Positions 62,880 to 64,000 of a DNA stretch of 64,000 nt are shown here, piece after piece. Under the pieces are notes generated by a model. The model searched no databases. It saw only the letters and a list, made by a program, of their open reading frames with translations, and was not told where the DNA came from. Source of the stretch: Candidatus Woesearchaeota archaeon (GTDB lineage Archaea; Nanobdellota; Nanobdellia; SCGC-AAA011-G17; UBA489); the NCBI GenBank assembly GCA_018655015.1, contig JABIKK010000011.1, positions 111,736-175,735 on the forward strand, read 5' to 3'. Each line of letters opens with the position of its first letter. Position 1 is the first letter of the stretch. The position numbers and the translations under genes were made by a program.

Positions 62880-64000
62880 CCCTTAAGTACTTCTCTTCTA
62901 TTGTTCTGTACTTCTTTATTTCTTCTTGTTTAAGGGAAGGCATAATCTTCTTCAATGCTTCTTCAAAGTCTGATGAAGAAACTTCTTTTGAAGCTCTGTC
63001 CTTTCTTAATGCAACCATTGCGGCTTCCCTACAAAGCGCTTGAATGTCTGCACCATTGAATTCCTCTAATTTTTCGTTTATTGCTTCTAAGTTTACGTCT
63101 TTTGCTAAAGGCATATCTTTGGAATGTATTTTTAATATTTCAATTCTTGAATCTTTTTCAGGTAATTGTGTTGCGATTATTCTGTCAAATCTTCCAGGTC
63201 TTAATAATGCTGGATCAACTAAGTCCGGTCTGTTGGTTGCAGCTAAAACTACAACGTCAGCTAATTCTTCTAATCCGTCCATCTCTGCTAGTAATGCGTT
63301 GACAACACGTTCTGTAACTTGTGAACCACTATCTAATCCACGTCTAGTTGCTAGTGCATCTATTTCATCGAAGAAGATAATTGTTGGAGCTGTTTGTCTT
63401 GCTCTTTCGAATATTTTTCTAACTCCTTTTTCTGATTCACCAACCCATTTGGTTAGTAATTCTGGACCTTTAACTAATATGAAATTTGATTCTGATTCGT
63501 TTGCAACTGCTTTTGCTAAAAGTGTTTTTCCTGTTCCCGGAGGTCCGTACATTAAGATACCTCGTGCAGGTTTGATTCCTAATCTTTTGAATGATTGTGG
63601 ATCTTTTAGAGGCCATTCAATTGCTTCTTTTAGTTCGCCCTTTAATTGTTCTAAACCACCGATGTCTGACCACTTAACGTCTGGAGCTTCTACTAAAACT
63701 TCTCTTAAAGATGAAGGTCTTACTATTCTCCTTGCTGCATGGAAGTCTTCAGCAGTAACTACTAATTTTAATTTTGATAAATCTTTATCTTCCTTGCTTA
63801 AGTTTGGAAGTTCTCTTCTAATAACATTCATTGCAGCTTCCTTACATAATGATTCTAAGTCTGCGCCTACAAAACCGTGAGTTTTAGATGCTATTGCAAC
63901 TAAGTCAACATCTTTTGTTAATGGCATGTTTCTTGTGTGAATTTGCATAATCTTTAATCTGCCTTCTTTATTTGGAACGCCGATGTTAATTTCTCTGTCA
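62830..64000 (-). CDS. cdc48: Cdc48/VCP-like AAA+ ATPase; the C-terminal D2 region lies in the window and the gene continues beyond the window end
   Basis: Walker A GPPGTGKT, Walker B IIFFDEIDA and the second-region-of-homology arginines. The end of the preceding D1 module (...AIASKTHGFVGADLESLCKEAAM) is visible at the window edge. Confidence 0.85.
   Translation of the reverse strand, partial: DREINIGVPNKEGRLKIMQIHTRNMPLTKDVDLVAIASKTHGFVGADLESLCKEAAMNVIRRELPNLSKEDKDLSKLKLVVTAEDFHAARRIVRPSSLREVLVEAPDVKWSDIGGLEQLKGELKEAIEWPLKDPQSFKRLGIKPARGILMYGPPGTGKTLLAKAVANESESNFILVKGPELLTKWVGESEKGVRKIFERARQTAPTIIFFDEIDALATRRGLDSGSQVTERVVNALLAEMDGLEELADVVVLAATNRPDLVDPALLRPGRFDRIIATQLPEKDSRIEILKIHSKDMPLAKDVNLEAINEKLEEFNGADIQALCREAAMVALRKDRASKEVSSSDFEEALKKIMPSLKQEEIKKYRTIEEKYLRDARISQHQPARQTYMG

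Noticed and set aside
1-64000. CRISPR array or cas genes
   Set aside because: Intergenic regions are short and AT-rich. I saw no regularly spaced direct repeats of 25-40 nt, and no Cas1/Cas2-like ORFs are present.

Overview
The window is AT-rich (~33% GC) and gene-dense. It looks like a small, reduced archaeal genome of DPANN type (Nanoarchaeota/Woesearchaeota-like). There are no rRNA genes, no CRISPR array and no obvious integrase or prophage. Coding runs at about 90%, with many 1-8 nt start/stop overlaps.

Information-processing genes dominate:
- Aminoacyl-tRNA synthetases: MetRS (5' partial, with a separate tRNA-binding domain ORF) and IleRS.
- Transcription: TFB and TBP.
- Replication: MCM with an RPA-like OB protein, RFC small and large subunits, PolB, FEN-1, and the Topo VI B-A pair.
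- Protein folding and turnover: thermosome, Cdc48 (3' partial at the window edge) and MetAP.
- Translation: aIF-1A, aIF-2beta, S8e, L37e with an Sm-like protein, and an unannotated eL41 mini-ORF.
- tRNA and ribosome biogenesis: Kae1, YchF, adenylate kinase, RNase Z, tRNA-splicing endonuclease and a Trm5-like methyltransferase.

Seven tRNA genes were found by eye, all on the minus strand. One is an intron-containing tRNA with a predicted UAU (Ile) anticodon.

Accessory content:
- A roughly 8.9 kb minus-strand operon (13055-21918): small winged-helix protein, 660-aa membrane-anchored protein, 1966-aa secreted giant protein, polytopic membrane protein.
- Several other secreted or anchored surface proteins, including Cys-module repeats, an NHL propeller, a ConA-like fold and a LysM plus lysozyme-like protein.
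- A free-standing LAGLIDADG homing endonuclease whose 3' end overlaps a tRNA-like element I cannot fold canonically.
- A membrane-anchored Hjc-like nuclease beside an Arg/Ser/Thr 21-aa tandem-repeat protein.
- A RecB-family nuclease, a HerA-like ATPase, a truncated FlaI/VirB11 N-domain gene and an RHH-RelE toxin-antitoxin pair.

All calls rest on reading the ORF translations and sequence motifs by eye. No database search was run.
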